Of a DNA stretch of 64,000 bases, positions 35,301 through 46,948 are shown piece after piece (position 1 is the stretch's first letter; the number at the start of each line of letters is the position of its first letter). The stretch covers positions 32,240,001 to 32,304,000 of the forward strand of contig NC_135765.1 in assembly GCF_052425735.1 (NCBI RefSeq). The letters run 5' to 3'. The stretch comes from Oculina patagonica. Its lineage: Eukaryota. Made by a program: the position numbers and the translations under genes. The notes beneath the pieces are model-generated. The model was not told the origin of the DNA. It saw only the letters and a program-made list of their open reading frames with translations, and did not search any database.

Positions 35301-38300
35301 AAAAAGCATAAGCAACGATTGAAGCACCGAATTTTCCTGACAACCTCTGAGAATGAACCAGTGATTCGCATGAGACACGATCTTCGAGATTTTCCGACGT
35401 TTTCATTAGCCACAAACGGCAAATTTCTACCTTCATACTACACGCGTGTACATAGAATGATCTACTGAGGAGTCCCATCCAAGCTGACGGACTCAATCAG
35501 CATAAGCGCCTTCTTTATATGAAACAAGAAGCTTGAGAAGCTTGAGAAGCTTAAAATCGGGCGCTTAATAATTAGCTATCTGTTTTGACTTGAAAAGCAG
35601 GGTACAGTACATGGCAACGTCATTTTGACAGGCTTGTTTTCCCAAATTTGAATTTTTCGTGTTTCTATTTAATAATGAAAATCTGGAATGTTTTCAAGAT
35701 TGCATTATTACTTAGGGCCTGTTTACAAGCAGGTAGGGTAACCCTAGGTGCTAGGGTTACCCTAGCAAGAGGGTTAGAAGATAGCGCGGGTTTACAAGCA
35801 AAATTCGCAGGTAGGGTAACCCTACTTACCCGGGTCAACTTACACCGGTTACGCTTCAGTTAACCTTGTAAAATTTTGTCGTTAGAAGCTGTTATTCGAA
35901 AATAATTCCGTTCCAGTGCAAAAATACGACAGATTGTGAATGAACACGATGTTTCTTGGTCACAATTCGCTGTTTTTGTCGGTATTTTTAAACATATTTA
36001 GCTTCTTGGAGCCAAAATAAAGTTGTCCCGGGTAGGCGAGTTATCCCTAGCAGAGCGTTTACAAGGCGCTAGGGTTACCCTAGCACTCAGCTAGGGTTAC
36101 CCTAGGTGCTAGGGTAACCCTAGCGCCTTGTAAACACGTCGATGAAAATAAGAAGAAATGTGGGAGCGCTAGGGTAACCCTCCTGCTAGGGTAACCCTAG
36201 CACCTAGGGTATTAATGACATAATGGTCTCAATATATAAAAATATATTTCGCACAATACAAATAAACGATTGAACTAGACGTCTAGAAGATATAAATTTG
36301 TAACACTTAGCAAAGTGCAGCCTTTTCGCAATACTTAATAAAGGCGGGGTTTTACCTGAAGACCAATTTTTCCAACGCTTTAGGTGGCTGACGCATTTCT
36401 CCTAATCAGGTAACTACTATTGTCAAGAAAATGATCACAACTTTTTGACCAATGATTAGGTATTTGTTTCATACCATTACTGTAATAGCAACTGGTGAAG
36501 AATAGTAGTACTGACCCAACGTATAAGGGCTGGAAAACACTGAAAACCATTTCAGCCGCGTTTCAAGGATTCCAAAAAAGCTTTACTTATCCCATATATA
36601 TTTGTTTTCTAGTATTTTGTTAATTTTTGGACGATTTTGGGGGGATGTCTGGGAGGCGATAGTTTTTCTCAAAGGATTAGTAAAATTTAGACAAATAAGA
36701 AATATTGGAGATTTAATGTGATTTTAAAATTTGAATTTGAAGTTAAAAATTGGGGGACGGACACCAAACAGTCTCCTGACAACCCGGAGTGCTCTTGCGA
36801 GGGGGTCAACTGTTTGGAGGTGTTTCCATTCTTTTCTTCAATCCCTTCTTTAAATCTCTTAAAGTTCCATTCAAATTCAGGTAGAACCCCACCTTAAGTT
36901 TTGTTCTTGTGAGAAAACAACAGAAGTCAAAGGTTGCGTGATATAACCAACCATGGATTTTAATTCTCCCTCCCTTTCCATCTCCTTAGCCTTTCACCCC
37001 CACCTGTCCCTCCCTTTCTACTCTCATTCAATTTAATGTTTGTTTACATTTCCTAACCAATTCAGTATCGTACTAATCTGTGCCAAGCAACCAGATAATA
37101 ACAGAAATTTGCCTTAATTTTGATCTCCCATAACAAGACCTTAGAGTATAAACCGTTAATAAAACAAAACACACTTGATAATAATTTTCTGAGGTTATAC
37201 ACCTTGCAGTATTAACGTACTAACGAACTTGATAACAAACCCCATGTCGTACTAAGGATTTTTACTGATCAACATAGAAAATAAGTTCACAATGGTTTGT
37301 TCCCAAAACGTTTTTTACTGTACAGAGGGTCTGTATATTGACCTGTAACTTGTATACCGTATTGAAAAATTTAGAACGAACCGACTTCTGCCCGCTACCA
37401 TGATATCATGTTGAAAAATTAGCTCGTTCGAAACCGTAGTAAAATCGTTAGAGACAGACAAGATACAGCCGTTTACTGGCAGTCTTTGAAAATCCTGAAT
37501 TTCGTCAAAATGAGCCATAATAAAGTTTTAAAATTTCCTTTATCAATATGGTTCTTATCTTTTTATTCAATTCTATGAACTGCTTTTATGCAGTACTGTC
37601 CACAAAGATTTCAATTTCCTCAAAGTTTCGGGACAAATGGATACAAAATATTTCGTGCAGAATGTAATTTGATTAAGCGAATGTTTTCGCGTCTATAAAT
37701 ACTCCAAGCAGTGAATGGAAAACCGTTTTGTTTTAATCGATGAGTACCACTTTCAAATAGTTATAATCCATAAAAAATAACAATCAGATCAGAATACAAT
37801 AATTATTAATGTAAGGTCTCGCTATTATGTCTCGGCAGAGATACTTCTTTTTGCAAGTTCAAATGTATGCAAATTTCGTGTGAAATGTAATTCGATTCCA
37901 TTGTCTTGTTTACAAAGTCTTTCTTAAGAAAGTTGTATTTTCGTGAATAAAACCCATTAACCTGTTTTGTTTTCCTGATCATGTTTGTCTGTGATTTTTA
38001 CAAAACATGTTGTCTTTTTCTTCGGAACTTTAAAGCTGATTTCCAGTCCGTACTGCGCAGACTCGGGGTTTGTTTTCGTTTTTGTTTTGAATTCGTTGAA
38101 ACGTTACACTTCGGTGACAGCATACATGAAGTTTATTTAGTCCGCCATTACAGTTCGTTTGGTTCAAGAATTTCCGATGAGCTGAAACGTCGGTTTGAAA
38201 TAGCGTCAAGGTTCCTCTACTCGTTATTATTTGTTTTGCAATGATATCTGGCGTTAATAATGAAGAAAAAGGTAAGTTTGTCGCGGAATTTTTAGTTTTG

Positions 38301-41300
38301 CTTGTAAACATTCCTTCGTGTTGGGCTCGCATAAACATTGCAGCCGAGATTGCGCAGTACGGACTGGAATTCATCTTTAAGTTGTACAAAAATTCCTATT
38401 TTGAACACAGATGTCACTTCCGGAATTTCTCATCTAAAATTCAATTGGTATTTAATTATAATTATTCGAAGTTTTCATTTTCGAGTCATCTTTTCATTCG
38501 ATAGCATTACTGATCTCGTAAAAAATTCCATTCAAGTTCACACCAATACTGTACATTGCCAATGTTTTGCTGACGTCTTGAGAAGTGTCTTACTAACGTC
38601 ACTAGTCAAATCTAAAATATATCCAAACCAAGTTGTGCAAACATTCTACTCTTTGTGACAGGCGACTTTGACGCCCAACTGTGCGGAAATGAAAATCGAC
38701 ATACTTCTTGTTAAATATATAAAAAATAGTTTTAAAGTGGAGTCCGCCTCAAAAAAATGTACCGCCAGATCACACTGCTATTTGTAGAAACCAGCAAAGC
38801 GTCTAGTTTCAAAGTTTCCCACAAAAACATTGCGTGACATGAATGACGTTACCCCTTTTATTTACAAAAATAGCTTCAACTTGTCAAAGCAACTACAGTT
38901 TCACAATGGTGATTATTAGTACTTTACCCGTTAAGCTTTTTTCTCTGTCCTCCCGCCGAAGCAAAGAAGAGAACCAGATTGCAGATTAGCCCAAAAGTCG
39001 ACCCAGTGTTCCTACAACGATTTACTGTCAAAACTGAAATGAAACCGATTGGCCCAGGCTATCCCCGTCATTTTTAGCCGACAGAGGACTATCGTCTAGG
39101 ACGACCAAAGGGTAAACTATAAATCGGCCACGCCCGATTAATAAGTTCAGCAAAAACAGTAAAGAAAAACAAAAATATGGGAACAAGATACTATTACAAA
39201 AAGGCCTACTCTGGGACCCAAAGTCGCCGTAACTTTGGGCGACTTAAGGCGACTTTAGGCGATTTTAGCTTATTTTGTCCAAAATAACGGGCAATTTAAG
39301 GCGATTTTGGGCGACTTTAGGCGACTTTGGGCGATTTTGAGCGACTTTAGGCAATTTTAGATGACCATTTAGGCAATTTTAGTTGACCGACCTAAGTACA
39401 GTTGTGGTATACATGTACATGGGAATCATCATGGTTCACCATAAAGCATTGTTACAGAAAATATCTATACTTAGAGCGACTTTGGGCGACTTTAGGCGAT
39501 TTTGGGTCCCAGAGTAGGCCTACAAAATCAGTGTGAATGAATTCTTTTAAAAATCTAATTTGCATAAAGCCCAAAATGACAATAATTTTCCCAAAACATT
39601 TCAAAATTTCCATTTTTGTACCATTTTCTAAATTTTGTTCCTTCTTTAATAAATAACCAACCTTAAAAATATTAATTAAACCTTTCAGTAAGTAATTTGG
39701 CAATATGCTCTCATAATAAAGATTCTGGCTGGCGGCCATTTTGAAAAATACCCCTTCCCCCCCGGAAACGATCATATCTAGATTGCCTATAATCTTTAAA
39801 ATATTCCTCATGACTTATAATATAAGTGTGCCAAGTTTTATGCTTTTATCACAAAGTGCACGATTAGTCCCTAAAATGACACTTATCCACTGGACTATTG
39901 AACACATTGAACGGCGGTCTACCTATAACAATTCAAATATAGCGTCGCAAAAACAAAGCGTCGAACGCATATTTTGCTGTTTCATTTGCTAATTTCGCTG
40001 CCGTAATCGACTGCCTCGAAAGGTCCTTGCAGTTTTAAAGTATAGAATTGTCAGATCTCGCTGAAATTTGCACTGTTTATTTGTGTAATGTTAAGGAATA
40101 TGTGTATAAATACCCGGCGCGAACGACCCATTTTTGACAAAATTAAATGGCTGCATTTCCTCCGCGAAGATAGGAAATTGTTAAATTAAACTACAAAGAA
40201 ACTGTAATGATAAGTTCGAAGAACAATGCACAGGATAAACCTTCGACTCATACTTCATGCAAAAACGTCGATATCTCGAAGAGACTTTGATTCGTGGAGC
40301 AATCGTAACGATACGGCCTTCAACACATTGAACAGCGGTCTACCCGGCTATAACAATTCAAATATGGCGTCGCAAAAACAAAGCGTCGAACGCATATTTT
40401 GCTGCTGTTTCATTTGCTAATTTCGCTGCCGTAATCGACTGCCTCGAAAGGTCCTTGCAATTTTAAAGTATAGAATTGTCAGATCTCGGTGAAATTTGCA
40501 CTGTTTATTTGTGTAATGTTAAGGAATATGTGTATAAATACCCGGCGCGGACGAGCCATTTTTGACAAAATTATATGGCTGCATTTCCTCCGCGAAGATA
40601 GGAAATTGTTAAACTAAACTACAAAGAAACTGTAATGATAAGTTCGAAGAACAATGCACAGGATAAACCTTCGACTCATACTTCATGCAAAAACGTCGAT
40701 ATCTCGAAGAGACTTTGATTTTGCTGATCAGATCTCTCAGCAGATCCTACGAATAGCAGCATTATCGTTTGCGGTCTCTTGCTGTTTTAGTCTTACTTTT
40801 ATATTAATACGCGTATTTGATTCAAACCTTCAGAGTAAGCATGCCATCTTCTTCCGGTTCAACCGTGACTCTGATAAACATTCCTGCCTTGGCGATGTTT
40901 TTGACGTCAATACCCAATCCTGGAACAGCCAGTTCGTCACCGGAAGTGAAAACGTGTGTCCAGTCGATGTCTTCTCCTTTAATTTTCACGTTGATTGTCA
41001 CGGTTACCGGTTCGTCGCACCTGGAAAAGAACATTTATTTCTGTAGTAAATAATAAAGATGGTAGATTTTAAGCTCGGTGATAAATAGTGAAGAATATTA
41101 TTCTACATGACACGAGCGTGGGACAAAGAAAAAATCTGAGTCCCCGACGGGAAACGAACCCATGGCCTCCCAAATACCGGTTGGGCGCTTTAACCAAGTC
41201 AGCTACGTGAGACTCGTTGTGAGCTGGGCCATTTACTAGGTTGATAAGTGACACGCGTCCTGCATACTGCTAGGATCAGCAATGTCGAAATCATCAAATT

Positions 41301-44300
41301 TGTAGTAAATAATAAAGATGGTAGATTTTAAGCTCGGTGATAAATAGTGAAGAATATTATTCTACATGACACGAGCGTGGGACAAAGAAAAAAATCTGAG
41401 TCCCCGACGGGAATCGAACCCATGGCCTCCCAGATACCGGTTGAGCGTTCTGTGTGACTTATAACATATAAAGCAAAGGGTGTTGGCATAATTACGTGGT
41501 ACTGGGATATCGTTTTAATCCTGGACGGAGTCAGGGTTACAGCGAAACCATTGCTGCGGCTCCCCGGACCCAACTTTGTATCTTCTTGGGGCCCGAAGAA
41601 ACGCACCAAAATTTCGACCCTATTTTCCTTGATATGCTTATTCTGGCACGGCTCCCCAAGCCTGTAGTTACTGTTTTCCGATAATCAATCAATCAATAAA
41701 ATTTGTTTACCCTCGGAGCTGACAGGGGCTGACTACTGGTCAAACAAAAGAGAGCTATGGGAACTACAAAATGACAAAATGTAAGTGACAAGCGGTAGTT
41801 CAGTAACAAAAATGGAACGCGGAGGTAAATTTGGAGTAATTTGTGGGAATCGGCCGCAGACATATAAAACTTTTTTCTTGTAAAAGGTAGCTCAGCAAAA
41901 GCAGTGTGGGAATGTGGCGGGGGGGGGGGGGGGGAGCAAGGGCACATAGGTGGAGACATGGGGGGTTGAAATTAATAGGGAGTTTTTATTAGCAGCCAGC
42001 TGGCCACATAAGCTTAATATTTTACTGGGGGATGGGTAGGGGTGCTGTCGAGAGAGAGATGATCAGTCATTGAATTTCCGAGTTTCGATGTTGTTGTTCT
42101 TTACAGCCACAACAACCTGTCATACCGGTTAATAGTTCCTGTCAAAGTGGTGGTTTTCCCGCCAAAGTCAGCGCTGCACGTGATTTTCAGGCAGTCAGCT
42201 GTTATGCTACAGTCTCCGGGAAGATCCATCGATTTGCATTCGTCATTTCCCGCCAAACCGTTCGCGATCTTCTCGAAGAGTTCGTCCAACTTCTTGGTGG
42301 CAGAATCTGTTAGAAAACGTGTATTGATTAAATTAAATGGGAAGAGTTAGTCATCATGATCAATTTGTTTACCCTCGAATTTTGCAGAGTAACTAGCCTC
42401 TTCTGCGAGGATGGGGCGAAAAGAAAGCGAGAAGAGAAACGGCCGGGGGGGGGGGGGGAGAAGGGGAGATTCCTCACCCAGGCTCTACTCGGATTAGGAG
42501 CGGTAGCTTATACAGCTAGTATCTCCGAGCATTTAATTCGCAATACACGGCACAGTGGGCAAAGACCAAACCACAACACCGGGTACTCCATGCCCTACTC
42601 TTAACGATACAGTCAACTCTCTCTTAACGGATACCTCTATACTGAAGACGGACACCTGGTGATGGTCCCTGCCGTTTTTTAGTCATTTTACTGTAACCGA
42701 ACTCCCCAGAAGACGGACACCTCTCTTAGACGGACAACGGACACTTTGAAATCATTAACGGACACTTGAGAAGTGTTATTTATCATGTTTTATCAGTGAA
42801 AATACTTCCAAACTTCGTATCGACCTAAGGCAAAGTTAGTCAGCGACCTAACGTGTATACCAAGCTTACTAACCACAAACAATGACGCTTTACGGATTAC
42901 TTCTCTGCTTACGTGTAGGGACACTCAAAAGGTCGTTTCTACTTACAGTATTACAGTTTGTAGAAGCTCTCAATTTTTGCTTTAACAAGCAAATACGGTC
43001 CCTATATTCCCGGCATAACAAATCGAACCCAATCGAACTAAATTTCAATCGAACTCAATCGAACTCAATCGAACTCAATTCATGGATTGAGTTCGATTGA
43101 GTTCGGCAATCGAACGAAATCGAACTCACCTAAAAGAAAAAAAATAAATCGAACCCAATCGAACGTTCGATTTTCGAACTCGTGATTTGTGGAAAACAGG
43201 CGTTGAAAATCCATAACCAGATCTTGGAAGCTCGAGTTACTTCAGCCCAGAGTGTAGCGCACGTGTTTTTCGTAAACGAAGAAATACTGCAGAAATGGCT
43301 TCAGATGCGATGTGGATTGTAAGCTTCAAATGTGTAGTAAAAGGCTACCAGGAATGCCACTTTGACGTAAAGGATGGCGAAGTTTTCAAGGTTTGAAAGA
43401 AAATAGGCGAGAAAGGCCGTGCATTCCGAATTGTAAACGAGCGCATCTTGACACTCAAGAATTAAATTTAACTTTTAATTTTGACCTGTGGAGAAAAATT
43501 ATTTTCGCTGTTGCATTTACTATTTGTCCTTTCTATCATGGCAGTAATTATAAGATGCTTCCATACATCCAATATACTGACGCTCGTTCACCTCTTACTC
43601 TCTTGGTCACTGTTAATTGTCCAAGATGAATTTGAGAGAATCATGTATATCGTTAGTAAGATATTTATCATAATCATCCATCTACTGTACGCCGTTGCCT
43701 GTGTCGCGGTTAGTAATTTGCTTGTATTTTTGACTAAAAGTAACCCATCGAGTTGTCTTTCCGCAATTGCAAGTTAGCTAAAAAGGAAAGAGTACAACGA
43801 TTTCGGAATACGCCCGTGGGTATAATGATAGCTTTGTTCTGTTCTGTTTTTTTCTCTTAACTGCCGTGGACAGTTTATAAATGGGGTTTCTATTATTGAA
43901 TAAATTGTAAAAAATTTAAAGCACGAGAAAAACCTGCTTTGATGGGCTTGCTTTGTACATCCAAATTGGTCGTTACTATTCCAGACGACCTGCAACTTAC
44001 AGACCCAGAACGATCCGTTCTCAGCAAAGGACTTTCTTTGCTTTGTATTGGTTTACCAGAGCCAATCGAACGCAATCCATTTAATTGTGTTCGATTGAGT
44101 TCGGAAACCGAACTCAATCGAACACAATCAGATGGATTGAGTTCGATTGAGTTCGATTTGTTCGATTGAATTCGATTTGTTCGGAAATCGAACTCACTGA
44201 AAGTCTGGTGTTCGATTTCGTTCGATTGCCGAACTCAATCGAACTCAATCCACGGATTGAGTTCGATTGAGTTCGATTGTGTTCGATTTTCGAACGTTCG

Positions 44301-46948
44301 ATTAACTATGCCGGGCTTTATTATTTTAGTCTAGCAGAGGCTTGTTGCATTGTGCAAAGGTATAGCTTTATTACCCCGACTCTCTACAGAGCGGACACCT
44401 CTCTAAGATGGACAGCTACAGCCGGTCCCGAAGGTGTCCGTCTTGGTGTTACTGTTTAATTTTTTTTAAAAAAAATGTTACTTAACCGTGTAATGTTTTG
44501 CATCGTGTGCGCGAAACTGTCACCATCATCCAGCACTTTTGCAACCGTTTGTTTTTGTTCTGCAATAGGTGTTGCTAGAGTCGACGTAAACATTTTAATC
44601 AGCTTTCACTTGTGCGCACGCGCCCAAATTGTAGAGTCGAACAAATTGATGCCATTGCGGTATAAGCTGTGAACAAGTCTGTAGAAAAAAGCATTCGCGC
44701 TCTCTCCGTGCATATATGTACTGTCCCCTGATCGCCGAATTTTTGTTTGCCCTAACCCCACTATAGGGAGGCCATCCAGGCTATTGTTGTATTTTATTCA
44801 CTGATCTCTTCCTATATCCTCATAAGCTGGATGAGGGTGCTAATGGGGTTAACAGTTAACTGATATTTGGCCAAAAAAATAGTAGTTAACTGATAAATGA
44901 AACGTTTACAGTTAAGTGTCATTCCCTTAATTATACTGAATACGATTGTTGTTGTTAATAAAAGCAACAAGCTTTTTCCTAACAGCAAAGCTATTTCGTG
45001 GCATTTACCTGCCCGCTGCGTGACCAGGTGACATATTAACTGTAAATATGCGAAAGGTACAAAGGTCGTATCAGGCACATGTTGATCTCTGTATTGGCGT
45101 CAAATGGGGCGTAGTCAAAGTTATTCTAAGTTTTTATCGACATGATGACAAAGGATCGGCATTTAAACGACACATGTCGCGTACTCTTTGACATGGCAAA
45201 GCACAATTCAATGGACATAGCTTGTAAACATTTGTCGACAAGTGAAAAAGTTTGGACTTGGTGTATTGGACCTTAAGTTGTTACCTACAAACAATGGCTG
45301 TCACATCATAATAATTAGTGCTTGACATACGCACCCATTACAAGCCCACTGAAACATTTCAGTACAGTTATCACTCCTCGTGTCACCCACCAGGAGTTAA
45401 GGAAGTTTTATCAATGGGGAGGCCTTAAGACTGCTTAGAACAAATTCCTCTAAAAGAAAATTTGGAGGAATCCGTCCAAGGGAAAGGCCCTGGGAACGAG
45501 GTTGGAAAAAGCAAGCACTTCCGGTCACATCTTATCGAGAGAGGTTACCCAGAATGCCTAGTCTAAAGAACTCTGGCGGAAGTTAATTTTGAAACAGGAA
45601 GTAGGCCCTCCAACCAAAACTGAAAACAAACGAAAACATTTTGCCTTTTGTAACGCAATACCAACCAGCAGTACCAAACACAGTCCAAACTTGAAGAAAA
45701 TACATGTACTTATGAAAAATTGGCATTCGATAGAACAACAACCGTTGCACAAGAAAATATTCAAAGAACCTACGCTAATATAATACAAAAGGGGTAGGTC
45801 TCTCAAAGATATACTAGTAAGATCGAAACAATGAAAATGGCTAATACACGTGCGTGAGAGTCGTGCATGCCTATCAATTTATTGTTTTTTTCCACTGACG
45901 TACTGAAGTAAAGAAAATTCAGGTTATAAAATAATAAAAATAATAACTATGTGTTTATAGTGGTCATGCACTTAGCTTCATATCTCAACGAGATAGCTAG
46001 TTTATAGGCATGCCACTGAAACAGGGGAAACAAATAATTTATAAATGAACATAACAAGGTTAAAAATCCCAACTGGCAGGAGGCGGACCAGTTGGCTATA
46101 TACAAAGCGTGGTCGAGGATTTGAGCTCGGGACAACCGAGAAACAAATCCAGCTAGTGGCAAGGGCAGGCCTCGAACCGGTGACCTACGGATTACAACAC
46201 CAGCGCCCTAAACCACTCGGCCACGCTTGCCTCCTTATGACGCAATAATTTTCGCTGTAAGAAAATCGGTAACTAAAATTAGTAGTTAACTGACAACTGA
46301 CCAAAAAAATAGTAGTTTACTGACATTTGGCCTAAAAATTAGTAGTTAACTGACAATTGGGTACCCCCATTAGCACCCTCCTGGATACTTGCCTTTGTTT
46401 CGATCATTTGATGAGAAATCGGATTTTCATCACTTTTAGAATTGAAAGTGTTCTACACGATCCTCGTGTATTAAAGATACAGTTGGAATTTTATCAGATG
46501 GATGTTTATATTTACGAACCATACTTGACCAGTCACAACTTGTCGCCGATCGGCACAGTCAGAGCGTGTGGCGGGCAATTTTCGTTATATTCGTGATATT
46601 TTAAAAAAAGTAACATTGATTTTTCCTCTTCTGTTCTGTTCCGATCTGTGACATCTAATGCATTTTGAAAACAAGTTTGACCCTTCTTAGGTACTAACGA
46701 AATTGTGCCCACTTTACGAGTTAGTTTTATATTTGTATGCTTAACACCACGCGCGAATTTTTGACCCGAGGTTAAATTTTGTAATTGCCTGCGTTCCGCA
46801 AAGCCTGACACATCAGTTCTGAAATATCAGTAAAGCTTAAAAAATACATTAGAAAGAAGATAAACTTACTTTCATCGTGGGACGCACTGCCTTCCCAGAC
46901 AAGACATACAATGAGAAAAACTACCAACACAAACAATTTCTCGGCCAT
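29020..46948 (-). CDS. Array gene D: ~236-aa type I membrane protein with one six-Cys module and a Cys-string tail
   Basis: Exons 46948-46870 (MAEKLFVLVVFLIVCLVWEGSASHDE), 42306-42126, 41020-40828, 31042-30943 (VTLEGG...KQELPISTDYC) and 29177-29020 (WWESR, TM, CCCCGCCCCSPCRKKRFGLVV*). Total 711 nt, phases 1/2/0/1 consistent. Intron 3 (9.8 kb) is TE-filled. Confidence 0.82.
29343..29390. repeat. (CAT)n microsatellite
   Basis: About 16 perfect CAT/ATC units. Confidence 0.95.
29885..30406. mobile_element. Tc1/mariner-type MITE
   Basis: CAGTCGAAGCTCTCTTAACGGACAC / GTGTCCGCTTACGAGAGCTTCGACTG. Confidence 0.7.
30700..30887. mobile_element. Palindromic MITE (second copy at 57506-57692)
   Basis: ATAGGCC..TTTCCGAGTTACCCTTTGCCTCTGTTTCAAAACG / CGTTTTGAAACAGAGGCAAAGGATAACTCGGAAATGGCCTAT. 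Confidence 0.75.
31147..31615 (+). mobile_element. Probable Penelope-like element pseudo-LTR fragment
   Basis: Non-coding GC-richer block carrying the minimal hammerhead typical of PLE pLTRs. Boundaries are approximate. Confidence 0.5.
31471..31527 (+). ncRNA. Type I minimal hammerhead ribozyme (Penelope-associated type)
   Basis: Stem I accgtg/tacggt (extended by ttgc/gcaa), core CTGAAGA, stem II gctc-caataa-gagc, GAAA, palindromic stem III acagctgt, and a GTC cleavage triplet ending at 31516. Confidence 0.8.
31620..32860. repeat. Near-identical tandem duplication, period ~614 bp
   Basis: Identical 61-aa spurious ORFs (one substitution) at 31768 and 32382. Confidence 0.9.
35714..36210. mobile_element. 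MITE-like element built of CTAGGGTTACCCTAG palindromes, nested in Academ
   Basis: Clusters of tagggt(t/a)accctag at both ends; starts TTA-GGGCCTGTTTACA. Confidence 0.55.
39203..39520. mobile_element. TIR element with ggcgacttt subterminal repeats, nested in Academ
   Basis: TIR GGCCTACTCTGGGACCCAAA; flanks TACAAAAA / TACAAAAT (7 of 8 match, likely TSD). Confidence 0.75.
39900..40720. repeat. Tandem duplication, period ~428 bp
   Basis: Matching sequence at 40226 and 40654. The second unit preserves the pre-insertion site of the Academ element. Confidence 0.9.
41043..41447 (-). mobile_element. Two tandem copies of a tRNA-derived SINE-like repeat
   Basis: Unit starts at 41043 and 41302 are near-identical. 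The minus strand shows A-box-like TAGCTGACTTGGT and B-box GGTTCGATTCC. The same family occurs at 54303-54511. Confidence 0.65.
42610..44454. mobile_element. Mariner-type MITE containing a nested 1.3-kb TIR element (43009-44315)
   Basis: Outer ends CAGTCAACTCTCTCTTAACGGA / GTCCGTCTT..ACTG. Inner ends CCCGGCATA / TATGCCGGG, with (aatcgaactc)n subterminal arrays. Confidence 0.65.
45330..45870 (+). mobile_element. Degenerate Penelope-like RT C-terminal fragment
   Basis: Remnant reading HYKPTETFQY..HSSCHPPGVK..GEALRLLRTNSS..HLIERGYP..KNWHSIEQQP, with stops and frameshifts. Confidence 0.75.
45990..46232 (-). mobile_element. tRNA-derived SINE
   Basis: Minus-strand head GGCAAGCGTGGCCGAGTGGTTTAGGGCG...GGTTCGAGGCC with Pol III A and B boxes, followed by a non-tRNA body. 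Confidence 0.65.

Larger units (their letters stand above)
32891..39897 (-). mobile_element. Decayed Academ DNA transposon (7.0 kb)
   Basis: Imperfect ~170-bp TIRs TAGTCCGGCGGATAAGTG... / ...CACTTATCCACTGGACTA, with a 3-bp TSD TTG (32888-32890 and 39898-39900). Minus-strand transposase remnants: ETPLPLFLG (~35130-35152), FTTSAVDNIDHDATATSAHGSFHGTGITLFQ (34610-34700) and IALDEGHEQNNA...ALLRWMVSG (33815-33920). Confidence 0.85.

Noticed and set aside
38160-38200. ccgatgagctgaaacgtcgg as a second hammerhead
   Set aside because: The core is CCGA rather than CUGA, and stems II and III are too short.
36300-39100. Short ORFs inside the Academ element as captured host genes
   Set aside because: No recognisable motif or consistent splice structure; probably decayed element interior.
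41140-41215. tRNA-like sequences here, at ~46160-46230 and at ~54385-54460
   Set aside because: A and B boxes are present but there is no full cloverleaf, and each is attached to a repeated body, so they are SINE heads rather than tRNA genes.
43020-44300. (aatcgaactc)n arrays as a possible CRISPR or satellite
   Set aside because: They are subterminal repeats in inverted orientation at the two ends of a TIR element.
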